Shown: positions 17,291 to 29,533, counted from the first letter of the stretch. The stretch: 64,000 nt of DNA from an uncultured Candidatus Saccharibacteria bacterium (GCA_964356795.1 CAYHIK010000005.1:10767-74766), one strand, 5' to 3'. The notes: a model not told the origin generated them from the letters alone. Program-made: numbers and translations.

Positions 17291-17847
17291 AACGCTACGC
17301 ACCACAATCGGGATTTTCACTCATTGAGCTCCTCGTGGCAGCTTCTATATTTTCATTTGTCGTCACGGGTGTGACGGGACTTTTTATGCAGGCACTTGAT
17401 ATGCAGCGCCGTGCGAGCGGTATTCAGAAGATTCAAGAGAATGCACAATACACGCTCGAGTCGGTGACGCGCGAAGTGCGCGTGAGTCGAGTGGTGAGTG
17501 GCAACACGGGGGATTGTAATCCGGGAAATGCGGCAACGCAAACCATGACGCTCGATCACCCCGTAAATGGAACCGTTGTGTACGAATACGACCGTTCAGG
17601 GGGAATTGGTGTTATTCGCCGCTCATCATCGGTTGCGGGCAGTGTTACTGAGCCGATTACTTCGACGGATGTAGATATCACCAAGTTTGCGTTCTGTGTG
17701 AGTGGATCAGGGCCTGATGGCACACAGGCGCGCGTCACAATCCCTATGACGCTTGAGTCCAGATCGGGGCGTGCATCGACACGGGTCTCGGTGTCGGTTC
17801 AGTCTACTATTATATCCCGAGACGTAACCGAGGATTTACTTCAATAG
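17287..17847 (+). CDS. Minor pilin / pseudopilin.
   Basis: Leader MKRYAPQSG|FSLIELLVAASIF. Confidence 0.65.
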   Translation: MKRYAPQSGFSLIELLVAASIFSFVVTGVTGLFMQALDMQRRASGIQKIQENAQYTLESVTREVRVSRVVSGNTGDCNPGNAATQTMTLDHPVNGTVVYEYDRSGGIGVIRRSSSVAGSVTEPITSTDVDITKFAFCVSGSGPDGTQARVTIPMTLESRSGRASTRVSVSVQSTIISRDVTEDLLQ

Positions 17848-17849
17848 CT

Positions 17850-20254
<2,405 letters not shown>

Positions 20255-20256
20255 GC

Positions 20257-20339
20257 GGCGGCATGGCCGAGATTCTGGTCAGGTGGAGGGCCTGCAAGTC
20301 CTCAGACGCGGATACGTTCCAGTCCCGCTGTCGCCTCCA
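20257..20339 (+). ncRNA. Candidate 83-nt structured RNA with a tRNA-like 7-bp acceptor pairing, a tmRNA-TLD-like 3' end and a terminal NCCA; function unassigned.
   Basis: 5' GGCGGCA pairs with 3' TGTCGCC, followed by U-CCA. The 3' part GACGCGG..GUUCCAGUCCCGC resembles the tmRNA T-arm/acceptor, and GAUUCUGG resembles the tmRNA 5' region. No anticodon arm could be folded. An intrinsic terminator follows. Confidence 0.35.
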
Positions 20340-20364
20340 AGCCTCATTCGTGGGGCTTTTTTTA
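20340..20364 (+). terminator. Rho-independent terminator.
   Basis: AGCCTC-attcgt-GGGGCT stem followed by TTTTTTT. Confidence 0.6.
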
Positions 20365-20394
20365 TGCCGAAAATTATGCTAGTTTCACTTTACG

Positions 20395-20697
20395 ATGCTG
20401 ACTGAGAAAGAGATAGAACATATTGCAAAACTTGCGCGACTTGAGCTTACTCATGAGATGCGTGAGCGGATGCGCAAAGACTTATCGAGCGTCCTCGACT
20501 ATATTGCGCTCCTTGAAACTGCAGATACGAGCGGTGTTGAGCCGTTGTATCAGGTGACTGGCTTGCAGAATCAGACGCGTCCCGATGTGCGTCGAGGGGA
20601 TTTTTCCATGGATGCAGCGGCAACCGAGCGACTCATTGGGCAGGCGCCTGCACAGCAAGGGCGATTCGTGAAAGTAAAATCAGTCAAAGCAACATGA
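20395..20697 (+). CDS. gatC: Asp/Glu-tRNA amidotransferase subunit C.
   Basis: Conserved GatC N-terminus ([14 protein letters not shown]...) and ~100 aa size; overlaps the gatA start. Confidence 0.85.
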   Translation: MLTEKEIEHIAKLARLELTHEMRERMRKDLSSVLDYIALLETADTSGVEPLYQVTGLQNQTRPDVRRGDFSMDAAATERLIGQAPAQQGRFVKVKSVKAT

Positions 20698-22109
20698 GTG
20701 ATATCGGATACACAATTTCATCAGCACGTGCGGCGCTTGAATCCGGCTCACTGACGCCGGAGCGTTTGTTTGAGCACTACCAGCGTCGTATCGCAGAGCA
20801 CGATGGAGACATTCACGCGTACCGTAATACGAAGTTTTCTTTTATTCCACACGAGCTCGAGACGTCGGCACTTTCAGGAATCCCATACGCACTCAAAGAC
20901 AACATGCTTGTGGCGGGGAGCGTTGCAACGGGAGGCTCAAAGATTTTAGAACACTACGTATCTTCATATGACTCGACCGCGTATCAGAAGTTACTTGCCG
21001 CAGGCGCGCAGTTGCTCGGCAAGACCAATATGGATGAGTTCGCGATGGGCTCTTCGGGTGAAAATAGTGCGTATGAAGTCGTGCGCAATCCCCGCGACAC
21101 ATCTCGCGTTCCGGGAGGAAGCTCTGCGGGGTCTGCTGCCGCTGTTGCGGGGGATTTATGCGTCTTCTCACTTGGCTCGGATACAGGCGGTTCGATTCGT
21201 CAGCCCGCTGCTCTGTGTGGTGTTGTTGGCTTGAAGCCAACGTATGGCCGTGTGTCGCGCCATGGCTTGATGGCGATGGCGTCATCGCTCGACCAGATTG
21301 GGCCCATCACAAAGACCGTGCACGATAGCGCGCATGTGCTTTCAGTGATTGCGGGGCACGACGTGATGGACTCTACAACTGCTCCACGGGAGACGCAGGA
21401 TTACACCGAATCGCTCGAGCAAGACATCACCGGTCTCCGCGTGGGTATTCCCGAGGAGTACTTCGGAGAAGGGCTCGCCGACGAGGTGCGCGAACGAGTT
21501 GAGGCGGGGATTGAAGTGCTTCGGAGTCGAGGCGCAATCATCACGCCCATCTCCCTTCCGCATTCAAAGTATGCGCTCGCGGTGTACTACATCATTCAAC
21601 CGTCAGAGGTTTCTGCAAACTTAAATCGCTATGACGGTATTCGGTATGGCTATTCTGCTCCCGACGCGGCGAACTTATTCGAGGTGTACACCAAGAGTCG
21701 CGGCTCGGGATTTGGTCCAGAGCCAATTCGTCGTATCATGCTCGGCACCTACGCGCTCTCAGCTGGGTACTTTGATGCCTACTATATAAAAGCACAGAAA
21801 GTGCGTGCGCTGATTCGTCGAGATTTTGACCGTGCATTTGAGCGGGTTGACGTTATCGCAGGCCCCACAGCGCCAACCGTCGCATTCCCAATTGGCGAGA
21901 AGAGCGATGATCCGCTCGCAATGTATCTCTCCGATATTTACACAGTGCCAGTCAATCTTGCCGGAGTTCCCGCCATCTCTGTTCCTTGCGGAGTGGGAGC
22001 CTCGTCTGGGTTGCCGGTCGGACTCCAATTCATCGGACCCATGTTTGGTGAGGCGGCTATCTTGCGCGCGGCATGGCACGTAGAGCAGGGTTTGATAGCG
22101 AATAAGTAA
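20694..22109 (+). CDS. gatA: Asp/Glu-tRNA amidotransferase subunit A (amidase signature family).
   Basis: Amidase signature [12 protein letters not shown] and Ser-cisSer-Lys catalytic context. Confidence 0.9.
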   Translation: MSDIGYTISSARAALESGSLTPERLFEHYQRRIAEHDGDIHAYRNTKFSFIPHELETSALSGIPYALKDNMLVAGSVATGGSKILEHYVSSYDSTAYQKLLAAGAQLLGKTNMDEFAMGSSGENSAYEVVRNPRDTSRVPGGSSAGSAAAVAGDLCVFSLGSDTGGSIRQPAALCGVVGLKPTYGRVSRHGLMAMASSLDQIGPITKTVHDSAHVLSVIAGHDVMDSTTAPRETQDYTESLEQDITGLRVGIPEEYFGEGLADEVRERVEAGIEVLRSRGAIITPISLPHSKYALAVYYIIQPSEVSANLNRYDGIRYGYSAPDAANLFEVYTKSRGSGFGPEPIRRIMLGTYALSAGYFDAYYIKAQKVRALIRRDFDRAFERVDVIAGPTAPTVAFPIGEKSDDPLAMYLSDIYTVPVNLAGVPAISVPCGVGASSGLPVGLQFIGPMFGEAAILRAAWHVEQGLIANK

Positions 22110-22714
22110 TGGTATACGAAAACATTCCTACAATTCTCAATTCGGTCGTGATGATGTTTTATAACAGCGGCAAGCTTGGCGTTGGCGAATATTCTCTTGC
22201 GCGTATGTGGGATATCTTCCGCACCGATGGCAACGTTTCAAGCGTGACCACAATTCTTTCGCAAATTGCGTTTGTGGTAAGCATTGCGCTCGCGCTGTTT
22301 ATTTTGTATGTACTCGCGCAAAAGCGCGCACTCAAGGCGGGCGCGCCAGCTCCCGTTGTGGCTCCTGTGGCATCGAGTGAGGCAGAGGCTCGCGCGGGGA
22401 TGCTCCGTGGGCGCTGGGGTGAGATTACGAAATTGCTCGATTCTCCTCGAGAGGCAGATTGGAAGGTTGCGGTGCTCGAATCCGACAAACTCATGGATGA
22501 TGCTCTTGCACGCTCTGGATTTTCTGGCGATACGTTTGGCGACCGCTTGAGCAATATTCAACCCGGCACTCTCTTGTCACTTGATGGTATCTGGTGGGCA
22601 CACAAGATACGAAATCGGCTCGCCCATGAGACGGATTACTTCCTTCGATATACTGAGGCCCGCCAGGCGGTGGGATATTTCGAAGCGGCGCTCGCTGAGT
22701 TACAATTGATCTAA
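22109..22714 (+). CDS. Hypothetical membrane protein.
   Basis: TM helix (IAFVVSIALALFILYVLA) plus a soluble domain; translationally coupled to gatA. Confidence 0.5.
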   Translation: MVYENIPTILNSVVMMFYNSGKLGVGEYSLARMWDIFRTDGNVSSVTTILSQIAFVVSIALALFILYVLAQKRALKAGAPAPVVAPVASSEAEARAGMLRGRWGEITKLLDSPREADWKVAVLESDKLMDDALARSGFSGDTFGDRLSNIQPGTLLSLDGIWWAHKIRNRLAHETDYFLRYTEARQAVGYFEAALAELQLI

Positions 22715-24552
22715 TGAGTCGATCGACTTTTTTTGCACATATGAGAGCTCGCGCTGCCTGGGTTGTTGTAGTTGCTTTTTTTGTTATCGCACTTGCGAGC
22801 ACGTCGGCATACGCGGGATATTTTTCGGAACGGATTGTGCGTAACGTGCGCATCGGGTCCGTTGACGTCGGAGGACTCACGCGCGACGCCGCGGTTGAGC
22901 GGTTGCAGATAGCGCTTGATACGTTTCATGTTGAAGATGTGAAGTTGATTATTGAAGGCTCCGAAGAGCTTATTCAGCTTGATGCGATTGGATTTGATTT
23001 AAATCTCGCAGAATCTGTTGAGCGGGCATTTCGCATCGGGCATGAGGATCGCTTGGTAGGGGATGTCTGGCGGCGTGTGAGCGGACTTTGGCGCGAGCAG
23101 TCGGTGGACGCTGCGGTGCGCGTCGATGAATCGGCGCTCCGTGCGAATATCTCCATGGTGGCTGGTGCAACGGATGTGGAGTTGCAAGATATTCGCCTGT
23201 CTGTCAACAAAACATCGGTCGCGCTTCTCGCTGACACGAAGCCGGGTCGCGCTATCAACGAATCGGAAGCTGAGCAGAAGATTCGTACACAAATCTCAAG
23301 CCTTCAGTTGGGGGCTATTGAGCTCTCACTGCACGACGTGGTCCCCAGCACTGATCCTGCAACTGGACAGAGTGCAGTCGCAGCCGCTCAGAAGTTTATA
23401 TCCCGCTCGATATTGTTGCAATACGAAGATCTCCAGTTTTATATTAGTCGAGAGCGTATTGGTTCGTGGACGATTTCGGCATACGAAGGAGCCGCACTTC
23501 AGGCAGGATTAGACCGTGAGAAGATTGCTGCCTATGTCACTACTATAGCGTCTGCAATTAATATTGCCCCCGAGCCGCCGCGCATCACAACGCAGGATGG
23601 GCGAGTGACTGGCTTTGAAATTCCGAAAGTTGGACGGGCGGTCGAAGAGGATGCGCTTGTGCAAATGATTATCGATACGATTACGTCTCGCGCTGGCACG
23701 GATAAGCTCGGTGACACCATTCTCGTTCCTGTGAAGTCAGCGAAGATGGCCGTCATTGGACTCAATGAAACATCCGGTATTGTGGAGCTTATTGGCCGCG
23801 CGACTACGCCATTTACGGGGAGTCCCAAGAATCGGATTAGCAATATCAAAAACGGTGTGAAGTTTTTGTCGGGAGTCGTAGTGCCAGCAGGGGAGGAGTT
23901 CAGCACGCTGGGTTCGCTTGGCACTATAGATAACACCACTGGATATTTGCCCGAGCTCGTCATCAAGGGTGACCGAACCATTCCTGAGTTTGGCGGTGGT
24001 CTTTGCCAGGTTTCAACCACACTGTTCCGCTCGGTTATGGACGCCGGTCTTCCGGTCACCGCGCGCCGGAACCATTCGTATCGTGTTTCGTACTACGAAA
24101 AGGATGGGAATGGAAAAGTTATCGGACCCGGTCTGGATGCAACGATTTATGAACCGGATGTTGATTTTAAATTTCGCAACGATATGGCAACCCCCGTGCT
24201 CATCATTGGATACGTCATTGGAGACAAGATTACGTTTGAGTTGTACGGCACAAAAGATGGGCGCACGAGCTCGATTGTTGGGCCCAAGATGCTTACCGAG
24301 ACATCCCCAGGAGAGCCGGTGTATATCGATGAGCCGACGCTTGCGGTTGGCGTGAAGAAGCAGGTTGAGACTCCGCATCCAGGAGGTTCTGCGATTGCTA
24401 CGTACCACGTGACGTATGCAAATGGGGAAAAGGTGACGACTGAATTTAAGAGCTGGTATCGTCGCTGGCCCGCGAAGTATCTCGTCGGCACCGGTGGCGC
24501 GACTCCTATGCCCGTCTCTCCTCCGATCCCGTCTGTACTCCCGACACCGTAG
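22714..24552 (+). CDS. VanW family protein with a C-terminal G5-like domain.
   Basis: N-terminal TM, VanW core motif GGGLCQVSTTLFRSVMDAGL, and a C-terminal G5-like segment (...PAKYLVGTGG). Confidence 0.75.
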   Translation: MSRSTFFAHMRARAAWVVVVAFFVIALASTSAYAGYFSERIVRNVRIGSVDVGGLTRDAAVERLQIALDTFHVEDVKLIIEGSEELIQLDAIGFDLNLAESVERAFRIGHEDRLVGDVWRRVSGLWREQSVDAAVRVDESALRANISMVAGATDVELQDIRLSVNKTSVALLADTKPGRAINESEAEQKIRTQISSLQLGAIELSLHDVVPSTDPATGQSAVAAAQKFISRSILLQYEDLQFYISRERIGSWTISAYEGAALQAGLDREKIAAYVTTIASAINIAPEPPRITTQDGRVTGFEIPKVGRAVEEDALVQMIIDTITSRAGTDKLGDTILVPVKSAKMAVIGLNETSGIVELIGRATTPFTGSPKNRISNIKNGVKFLSGVVVPAGEEFSTLGSLGTIDNTTGYLPELVIKGDRTIPEFGGGLCQVSTTLFRSVMDAGLPVTARRNHSYRVSYYEKDGNGKVIGPGLDATIYEPDVDFKFRNDMATPVLIIGYVIGDKITFELYGTKDGRTSSIVGPKMLTETSPGEPVYIDEPTLAVGVKKQVETPHPGGSAIATYHVTYANGEKVTTEFKSWYRRWPAKYLVGTGGATPMPVSPPIPSVLPTP

Positions 24553-24639
24553 TTGACTAAAATATTATAGCGTATTATAGTACGAACGTTTATTTTCGTT
24601 TGCTTCGTGTCGGATTCGCACATGAAAAAGGAGGGCGGT

Positions 24640-25443
24640 ATGGGCTGGGTGGTAGCGCTGTTCATTGCGCTTGGGGTGATCTATTGGATCATCGGCGCAG
24701 CTGTAGTCGCCGTATTTTTTGCCGTTGGCACGCCGGCATTCTGGCTGGTGTTTGCGATTGCGGTTGTGGGGGCGTGGTATCTCGTGTCCGCCGAAGAGGA
24801 TGGGGTGTTGGCGGTCCTCCCGATTGCAGCCTTCCTCGCCTTCACTCACTTTATCGCGAAATTCAACCTTGTTGAGTGGGTGAGGTGGAATATCCAGTTT
24901 ATCCTTCAGAACGTGGCGTGGTATCTGCTCGCAGCGTTCTGTTATGCGGTATTCCGTTTCTTGCTGCACCTGCGGACGAAGGCTCGCGAAATCGACAACC
25001 TCGAGAAGACATTCCGCAGAGACCACCCATTCGAGGGGTCGCTTGCACTTGCAGACGATGGTGTGAGGTTTAGATTCGGCGAGGTTCTACACAGTAGCTA
25101 TCACCCAGACATCAAGCCGGGCCGTTCATTCGATCCTTCCAGCGATGGAGTGGTCCCGACCTTCGACCGGAACAAGTACACCATCTTCCGGTGGTTCTGG
25201 TGGTGGCCCCTTTCGTTGCTCGGATGGATCTTCAATGATCTCATCCGCACCATCTGGGATGTCATCAAGCAGGGGCTTCGTGGCGTCATTGACTGGATGT
25301 CGTCCGCCGTGTTTGGGGATAGGGCGAAGTACACTCTCACGGGCGCCCAATATGCTGAAATGTGGAAGCGTAGGCAGGAGGAAGCTTCGCGCCAGCCCGA
25401 CGATTCCGGATACCGCAGGGGCCCGGGCAAGAAGGTTAGTTAG
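24640..25443 (+). CDS. Hypothetical polytopic membrane protein with a Trp-rich cytoplasmic domain.
   Basis: Strong RBS AAGGAGG before ATG 24640; four hydrophobic helices; slightly elevated GC. No recognisable family. Confidence 0.5.
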   Translation: MGWVVALFIALGVIYWIIGAAVVAVFFAVGTPAFWLVFAIAVVGAWYLVSAEEDGVLAVLPIAAFLAFTHFIAKFNLVEWVRWNIQFILQNVAWYLLAAFCYAVFRFLLHLRTKAREIDNLEKTFRRDHPFEGSLALADDGVRFRFGEVLHSSYHPDIKPGRSFDPSSDGVVPTFDRNKYTIFRWFWWWPLSLLGWIFNDLIRTIWDVIKQGLRGVIDWMSSAVFGDRAKYTLTGAQYAEMWKRRQEEASRQPDDSGYRRGPGKKVS

Positions 25444-25521
25444 TTCGCGGCTGGACGAGGGAGTAATCCCTCGTCCTTTTTTCTTGAAAAAATAGCAATA
25501 ATTCGCTAGAGTACAGAGACT

Positions 25522-28500
25522 ATGTTTGATTTCAAGCAGCTCGAAGAGCGTGTTCTCGCGTTTTGGGATGAGAGCGAAATCTTCAAGAAAAGCGTCGAAC
25601 AGCGCCGCGGTAACAAGCCTTTCGTGTTCTTCGAGGGCCCGCCAACGGCCAATGGAAGCCCCGGCATCCACCATTTCGTGGGGCGCATTTTTAAAGACAT
25701 CTTCAACCGATATCAGGCCATGCGCGGACGCTATGTGTTGCGCAAGGGGGGATGGGATACGCATGGTCTACCCGTAGAGCTTGGTGTGGAAAAAGAGCTC
25801 GGATTCAAGAGTAAGAAAGATATCGAGGCCTACGGCATTGCTGCGTACAATGCGAAGTGTCGTGAATCGGTGTGGAAATACAAGTCAGAGTGGGAGCAGT
25901 TCACGCGCCGCATCGGATACTGGGTTGACCTCGATGATCCGTATGTCACGTACGAAAGCGCATACATCGAGTCGCTCTGGAATGTTATTGGAAAAATATG
26001 GGACAAGAATTTGCTCTATCAAGCGCACCGCGTTGTCCCGTTTTGTACGCGTTGTGGAACCCCACTATCAAGCCATGAAGTTGCACAGGGATACAAAACG
26101 GTCACCGACACATCGGTGTTCTTGAAGTTCAAGGTCACGAAGTCCAAACTCAAACTTCCTCCGGAGACATATATCTTAGCTTGGACGACGACGCCGTGGA
26201 CGCTTCCGGGGAACATCGCCCTTGCCGTTGGGAAAAACATCCAGTATGTGCTCGCGCGTCGCAATGGTTCCGATGAGCACTTCATTCTTGCCGCTGACTT
26301 GGCGCAGACGGTGCTCGGCGCGCCTCTGGCGATTGTGCAAGAGTTTTCTGGAGCACAATTAGTGGGTACCGCGTACGAACCGCTCTTCCCAGTGCGTGCG
26401 CTGAAGAAGCCGAAATCGTACAAGGTATACGACGCCGACTTCGTATCGACAACCGACGGCACGGGCGTTGTGCATACGGCAGTTATGTACGGAGAGGATG
26501 ATTATCAGCTTGGCACAAAGCTTGGACTCGCAAAGGTCCATACTGTCGATGAGCAGGGGAAGTTTGTGGGCGTTTCCGGCGAGCTTGATGGGTGCTATGT
26601 GAAGTCGACAAAAACAGAAGAGCTTATTCTTACGTCGCTTGAATCGCGTGGGCTCCTCTTGAAGCGCTTGCCATTTGAGCACGAGTATCCATTTTGCTGG
26701 CGCTGTGAGACTCCGCTTTTGTACTACGCAAAGGATAGCTGGTTTATTCGCATGAGTGATGTGAATAAACAAATGATTGCGAATAACAACACGATTAACT
26801 GGATCCCATCCCACTTGAAAGATGGACGATTTGGGCAGTGGATTAAAGAGGGGAAAGACTGGGCATTCTCGCGAGAGCGATATTGGGCAACGCCACTTCC
26901 GATTTGGCAGGCGCGAGATAAGCATGGCCGAGGAACGGGAAAGTATCTCGTCGCCTCGTCACTTGAAGACCTCGACACCTATCGAGCCGACGCGCCCGCG
27001 ACATTCTGGACGATGCGTCATGGGGAGTCAAAGATTAATGTGGAGCAGGTGCTTGATTCTGGGCAGCAGGCGTCTCCATTGACTGACATTGGGCGCGAGC
27101 AGGCGCTCCGTACCGCGCAAGAATTAAAGAAAAAACTCAAGGCCTCTCGTGGAAAGATTGCAGCAATTATTGCTTCTCCGATTCAGCGCACAAAAGAAAC
27201 CGCAGAAATTGCTGCGCGGGAATTAGGAATCAAGACCGTTATATTCGATGAGCGACTCCGCGAGATTCATCTGGGACCATCGCTGAGCGGATGTCACGAC
27301 TCAACGTATCACGAGCAATACCCAACCTATGAGTCGAAATTCGCGAACCGTCCTCCTGGCGGAGAGTCTGTTGCCGACCTTAAGGCACGCGCGTGGAATT
27401 TCCTCAAAGAGCTGAATACGACCTATGCCGGCAAGCAGGTGCTCGTCGTGAGTCATGAATATTCAATCTGGGCGCTCGCTGATGCCGCCAATGCGTGGAG
27501 CGTGAAGCAGTCAATTGAGGAAAAGACGAAGCGTGGCGATGATTTTATCGGACTTGCGGGCCTTGAAAAGATTGTTGTTCGCAATGTGCCGAGGAATGAC
27601 CGAGGTGAGCTTGATATGCATCGACCCTATGTCGACGATATTATCCTCAAGCATCCGAAGTCGAAGGTTCCACTCTATCGTGTACCCGAGCTTTGCGATG
27701 TGTGGTTTGACTCGGGCGCGATGCCGTATGCTCAGTGGCATTGGCCGTTCGAGAATAATGAGACGTTCAAACAGCAGTTTCCTGCGGACTTTATTGCGGA
27801 AGGAATTGATCAAACACGCGGGTGGTTCTACACGCTTCTCGCTATTTCGACATTGCTCGGAAATCCGGCACCGTTTAAGACTGTGCTCTCATTCGGGCAT
27901 GTGCTCGATGAGAAGGGGCAAAAGATGTCGAAGTCGAAGGGAAATATCGTGAAGCCTGATGAGGTTATCGACGCCGTTGGCGTGGATACTGCGCGTTGGT
28001 ACTTCTATACACTCAATGCTCCGGGCGACTCGAAAAACTACTCCATGAAAGAAGTGCGCGAGCGATTGACGGGCTTTATGATGACGCTTCAGAATTGCAT
28101 TCGATTTTACGAATTGTATCAGGCGGAGCACCATGCCCCGGTGCGCGTTGACGTTCCTGATGCAACGAATCAGCTCGATGTGTGGATGATGTCCCGCCTT
28201 GAGCGTCTTACCGCGCTCGTGTTTGAGCGTCTCGAGCAATTCGACCTTACGGTTGCGTCTCGCGAGATTGAGCGATTTGTGGTGGATGATTTTAGTCAGT
28301 GGTGGCTACGGCGGAGCAGAAAGCGTGATGATGCCCTGCCGTTCATGCGCCACATCCTCCGAAGGCTCTCGCTTCTGTTGGCTCCATTCATCCCATTTAC
28401 TGCTGAAGATCTCTGGGGAAAGTTGCGGGGCAAAAATGATCCTGAATCTGTCCATCTCGCTGACTGGCCGAAAGCCCATACGAGTGCTGTGAACGAGTCT

Positions 28501-28992
28501 CTTGAGACGCAGATGGCGCAGGTTCGCGAATATATTCGTGCCGGACTTGCGATTCGAAAAGACCAGCAAATTAAAGTCCGCCAGCCACTCCAAAAGGTGA
28601 CCGTTCCCGGTACGCAACTGCACGAAGATATGGAGCAGTTGATTCGCGACGAGCTCAATGTGAAAGAAGTCACATATGCCGTGGGTGAGCCCGTGGCGCT
28701 CGATGTTCATATTGGCACCGAGCTTCGTGCGGAAGGGTTCGCGCGCGAAGCTATGCGTACCATTCAAGATATGCGCAAAGAGATTGGATGCCAGGTTTCT
28801 GACAAGGTATATTGCCAATGGCATAGTACCGATGACGAGGTTTCCCGGGCACTACGCTCATACGGGGGCGCAATCGCTGACGACACTGGCCTCACTGAAT
28901 TTGTAGAGCGGCCCGACGACAAAACGCTCACGATTGAGAAGAATTTTGACCTCGCAGCCGGAAAGCCTCTCTGGATTGGTATTCGGAAATAA
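25522..28992 (+). CDS. ileS: Isoleucyl-tRNA synthetase, eukaryote/archaeal-like type 2, carrying an in-frame ~200-aa histidine-phosphatase (PGAM-like) domain insertion and a non-canonical HIGH motif.
   Basis: IleRS hallmarks: GPPTANG..., GWDTHGLPVE, WTTTPWTLPGN editing motif, WAFSRERYWATPLPIW, DVWFDSG, KMSKS. Between PIW and LDMHR (normally ~35 aa) lie ~250 aa containing RHGES..N, LTDIGREQA, SPIQRTKETAEIA and VVSHE motifs of branch-1 histidine phosphatases. Confidence 0.85.
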   Translation: MFDFKQLEERVLAFWDESEIFKKSVEQRRGNKPFVFFEGPPTANGSPGIHHFVGRIFKDIFNRYQAMRGRYVLRKGGWDTHGLPVELGVEKELGFKSKKDIEAYGIAAYNAKCRESVWKYKSEWEQFTRRIGYWVDLDDPYVTYESAYIESLWNVIGKIWDKNLLYQAHRVVPFCTRCGTPLSSHEVAQGYKTVTDTSVFLKFKVTKSKLKLPPETYILAWTTTPWTLPGNIALAVGKNIQYVLARRNGSDEHFILAADLAQTVLGAPLAIVQEFSGAQLVGTAYEPLFPVRALKKPKSYKVYDADFVSTTDGTGVVHTAVMYGEDDYQLGTKLGLAKVHTVDEQGKFVGVSGELDGCYVKSTKTEELILTSLESRGLLLKRLPFEHEYPFCWRCETPLLYYAKDSWFIRMSDVNKQMIANNNTINWIPSHLKDGRFGQWIKEGKDWAFSRERYWATPLPIWQARDKHGRGTGKYLVASSLEDLDTYRADAPATFWTMRHGESKINVEQVLDSGQQASPLTDIGREQALRTAQELKKKLKASRGKIAAIIASPIQRTKETAEIAARELGIKTVIFDERLREIHLGPSLSGCHDSTYHEQYPTYESKFANRPPGGESVADLKARAWNFLKELNTTYAGKQVLVVSHEYSIWALADAANAWSVKQSIEEKTKRGDDFIGLAGLEKIVVRNVPRNDRGELDMHRPYVDDIILKHPKSKVPLYRVPELCDVWFDSGAMPYAQWHWPFENNETFKQQFPADFIAEGIDQTRGWFYTLLAISTLLGNPAPFKTVLSFGHVLDEKGQKMSKSKGNIVKPDEVIDAVGVDTARWYFYTLNAPGDSKNYSMKEVRERLTGFMMTLQNCIRFYELYQAEHHAPVRVDVPDATNQLDVWMMSRLERLTALVFERLEQFDLTVASREIERFVVDDFSQWWLRRSRKRDDALPFMRHILRRLSLLLAPFIPFTAEDLWGKLRGKNDPESVHLADWPKAHTSAVNESLETQMAQVREYIRAGLAIRKDQQIKVRQPLQKVTVPGTQLHEDMEQLIRDELNVKEVTYAVGEPVALDVHIGTELRAEGFAREAMRTIQDMRKEIGCQVSDKVYCQWHSTDDEVSRALRSYGGAIADDTGLTEFVERPDDKTLTIEKNFDLAAGKPLWIGIRK

Positions 28993-29003
28993 AAACGCTC
29001 GCC

Positions 29004-29516
29004 TTAATGGCGAGCGGGGCGGACACGAAGGAACGACTGGACCTCCTCGTAGTGTAGCCACGGGATTGGCATATTCGTGCCACGTTCATTGAATACACCA
29101 AAGTGGAGATGGGGATACGTTGCGTACCCCGTCTGTCCTGAGCGTGCGATGATGGTTCCTGCGGATACTCGGGTGTTGTCTGGGAACATACGCGATTGAT
29201 GCGCAAGGTGCGCATAGAAGCTCGTCTGCCCATCATTATGAGCTATGACAATGAAGTTGCTGTGTCGTCCTTGAGGGCCGGGCGTTCTCCAGGTGCGTTG
29301 TACGTCGAATCGCTGGGAAGTGATGACGCCACTCCGCGCTGCGATGATGGGCGTCCATTCCGGCATTGCGAAATCGATGCACCAGCGTGAGTTACGAAGC
29401 GTGCGGTGGTAAGGCGCAGGTCGCCGGGCGACGTGTCCACACCGCGCGAAGGGGAGTCGATACAAGCCAGTAGGCATACTACACTCCTTCATTCCGTGTC
29501 GGTATACCACATGCAT
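29004..29516 (-). CDS. M23 family metallopeptidase (LytM domain).
   Basis: IDF...GTPI...GNFVIIAHNDG..SFYAHL...GQTGYATYPHLHF motifs. Confidence 0.7.
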   Translation of the reverse strand: MHVVYRHGMKECSMPTGLYRLPFARCGHVARRPAPYHRTLRNSRWCIDFAMPEWTPIIAARSGVITSQRFDVQRTWRTPGPQGRHSNFIVIAHNDGQTSFYAHLAHQSRMFPDNTRVSAGTIIARSGQTGYATYPHLHFGVFNERGTNMPIPWLHYEEVQSFLRVRPARH

Positions 29517-29533
29517 TTGCTATACTCAATGGC

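Noticed and set aside
20257-20339. Interpretation of the 83-nt element as a canonical tRNA (including tRNA-Sec or tRNA-Leu).
   Set aside because: An acceptor stem, discriminator and CCA are present, but no 7-nt anticodon loop with U33 flanked by a 5-bp stem could be drawn in any register, and the T-stem needs a 4-nt bulge. Kept as an unassigned tRNA-like ncRNA candidate.
25126-25764. 212-aa minus-strand ORF overlapping both the 24640-25443 membrane-protein gene and the ileS start.
   Set aside because: It is antisense to a better-supported gene that has a strong RBS and TM helices. The protein is low-complexity and spans an intergenic region and the 5' end of ileS. It is a typical spurious ORF in GC-rich DNA.
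29004-29516. Considered whether the M23 peptidase ORF start (MHVVYRH...) indicates a pseudogene because it lacks an obvious signal peptide.
   Set aside because: The catalytic motifs are intact and the frame is uninterrupted. The true start or export signal may simply be unusual, so it was kept as a CDS.
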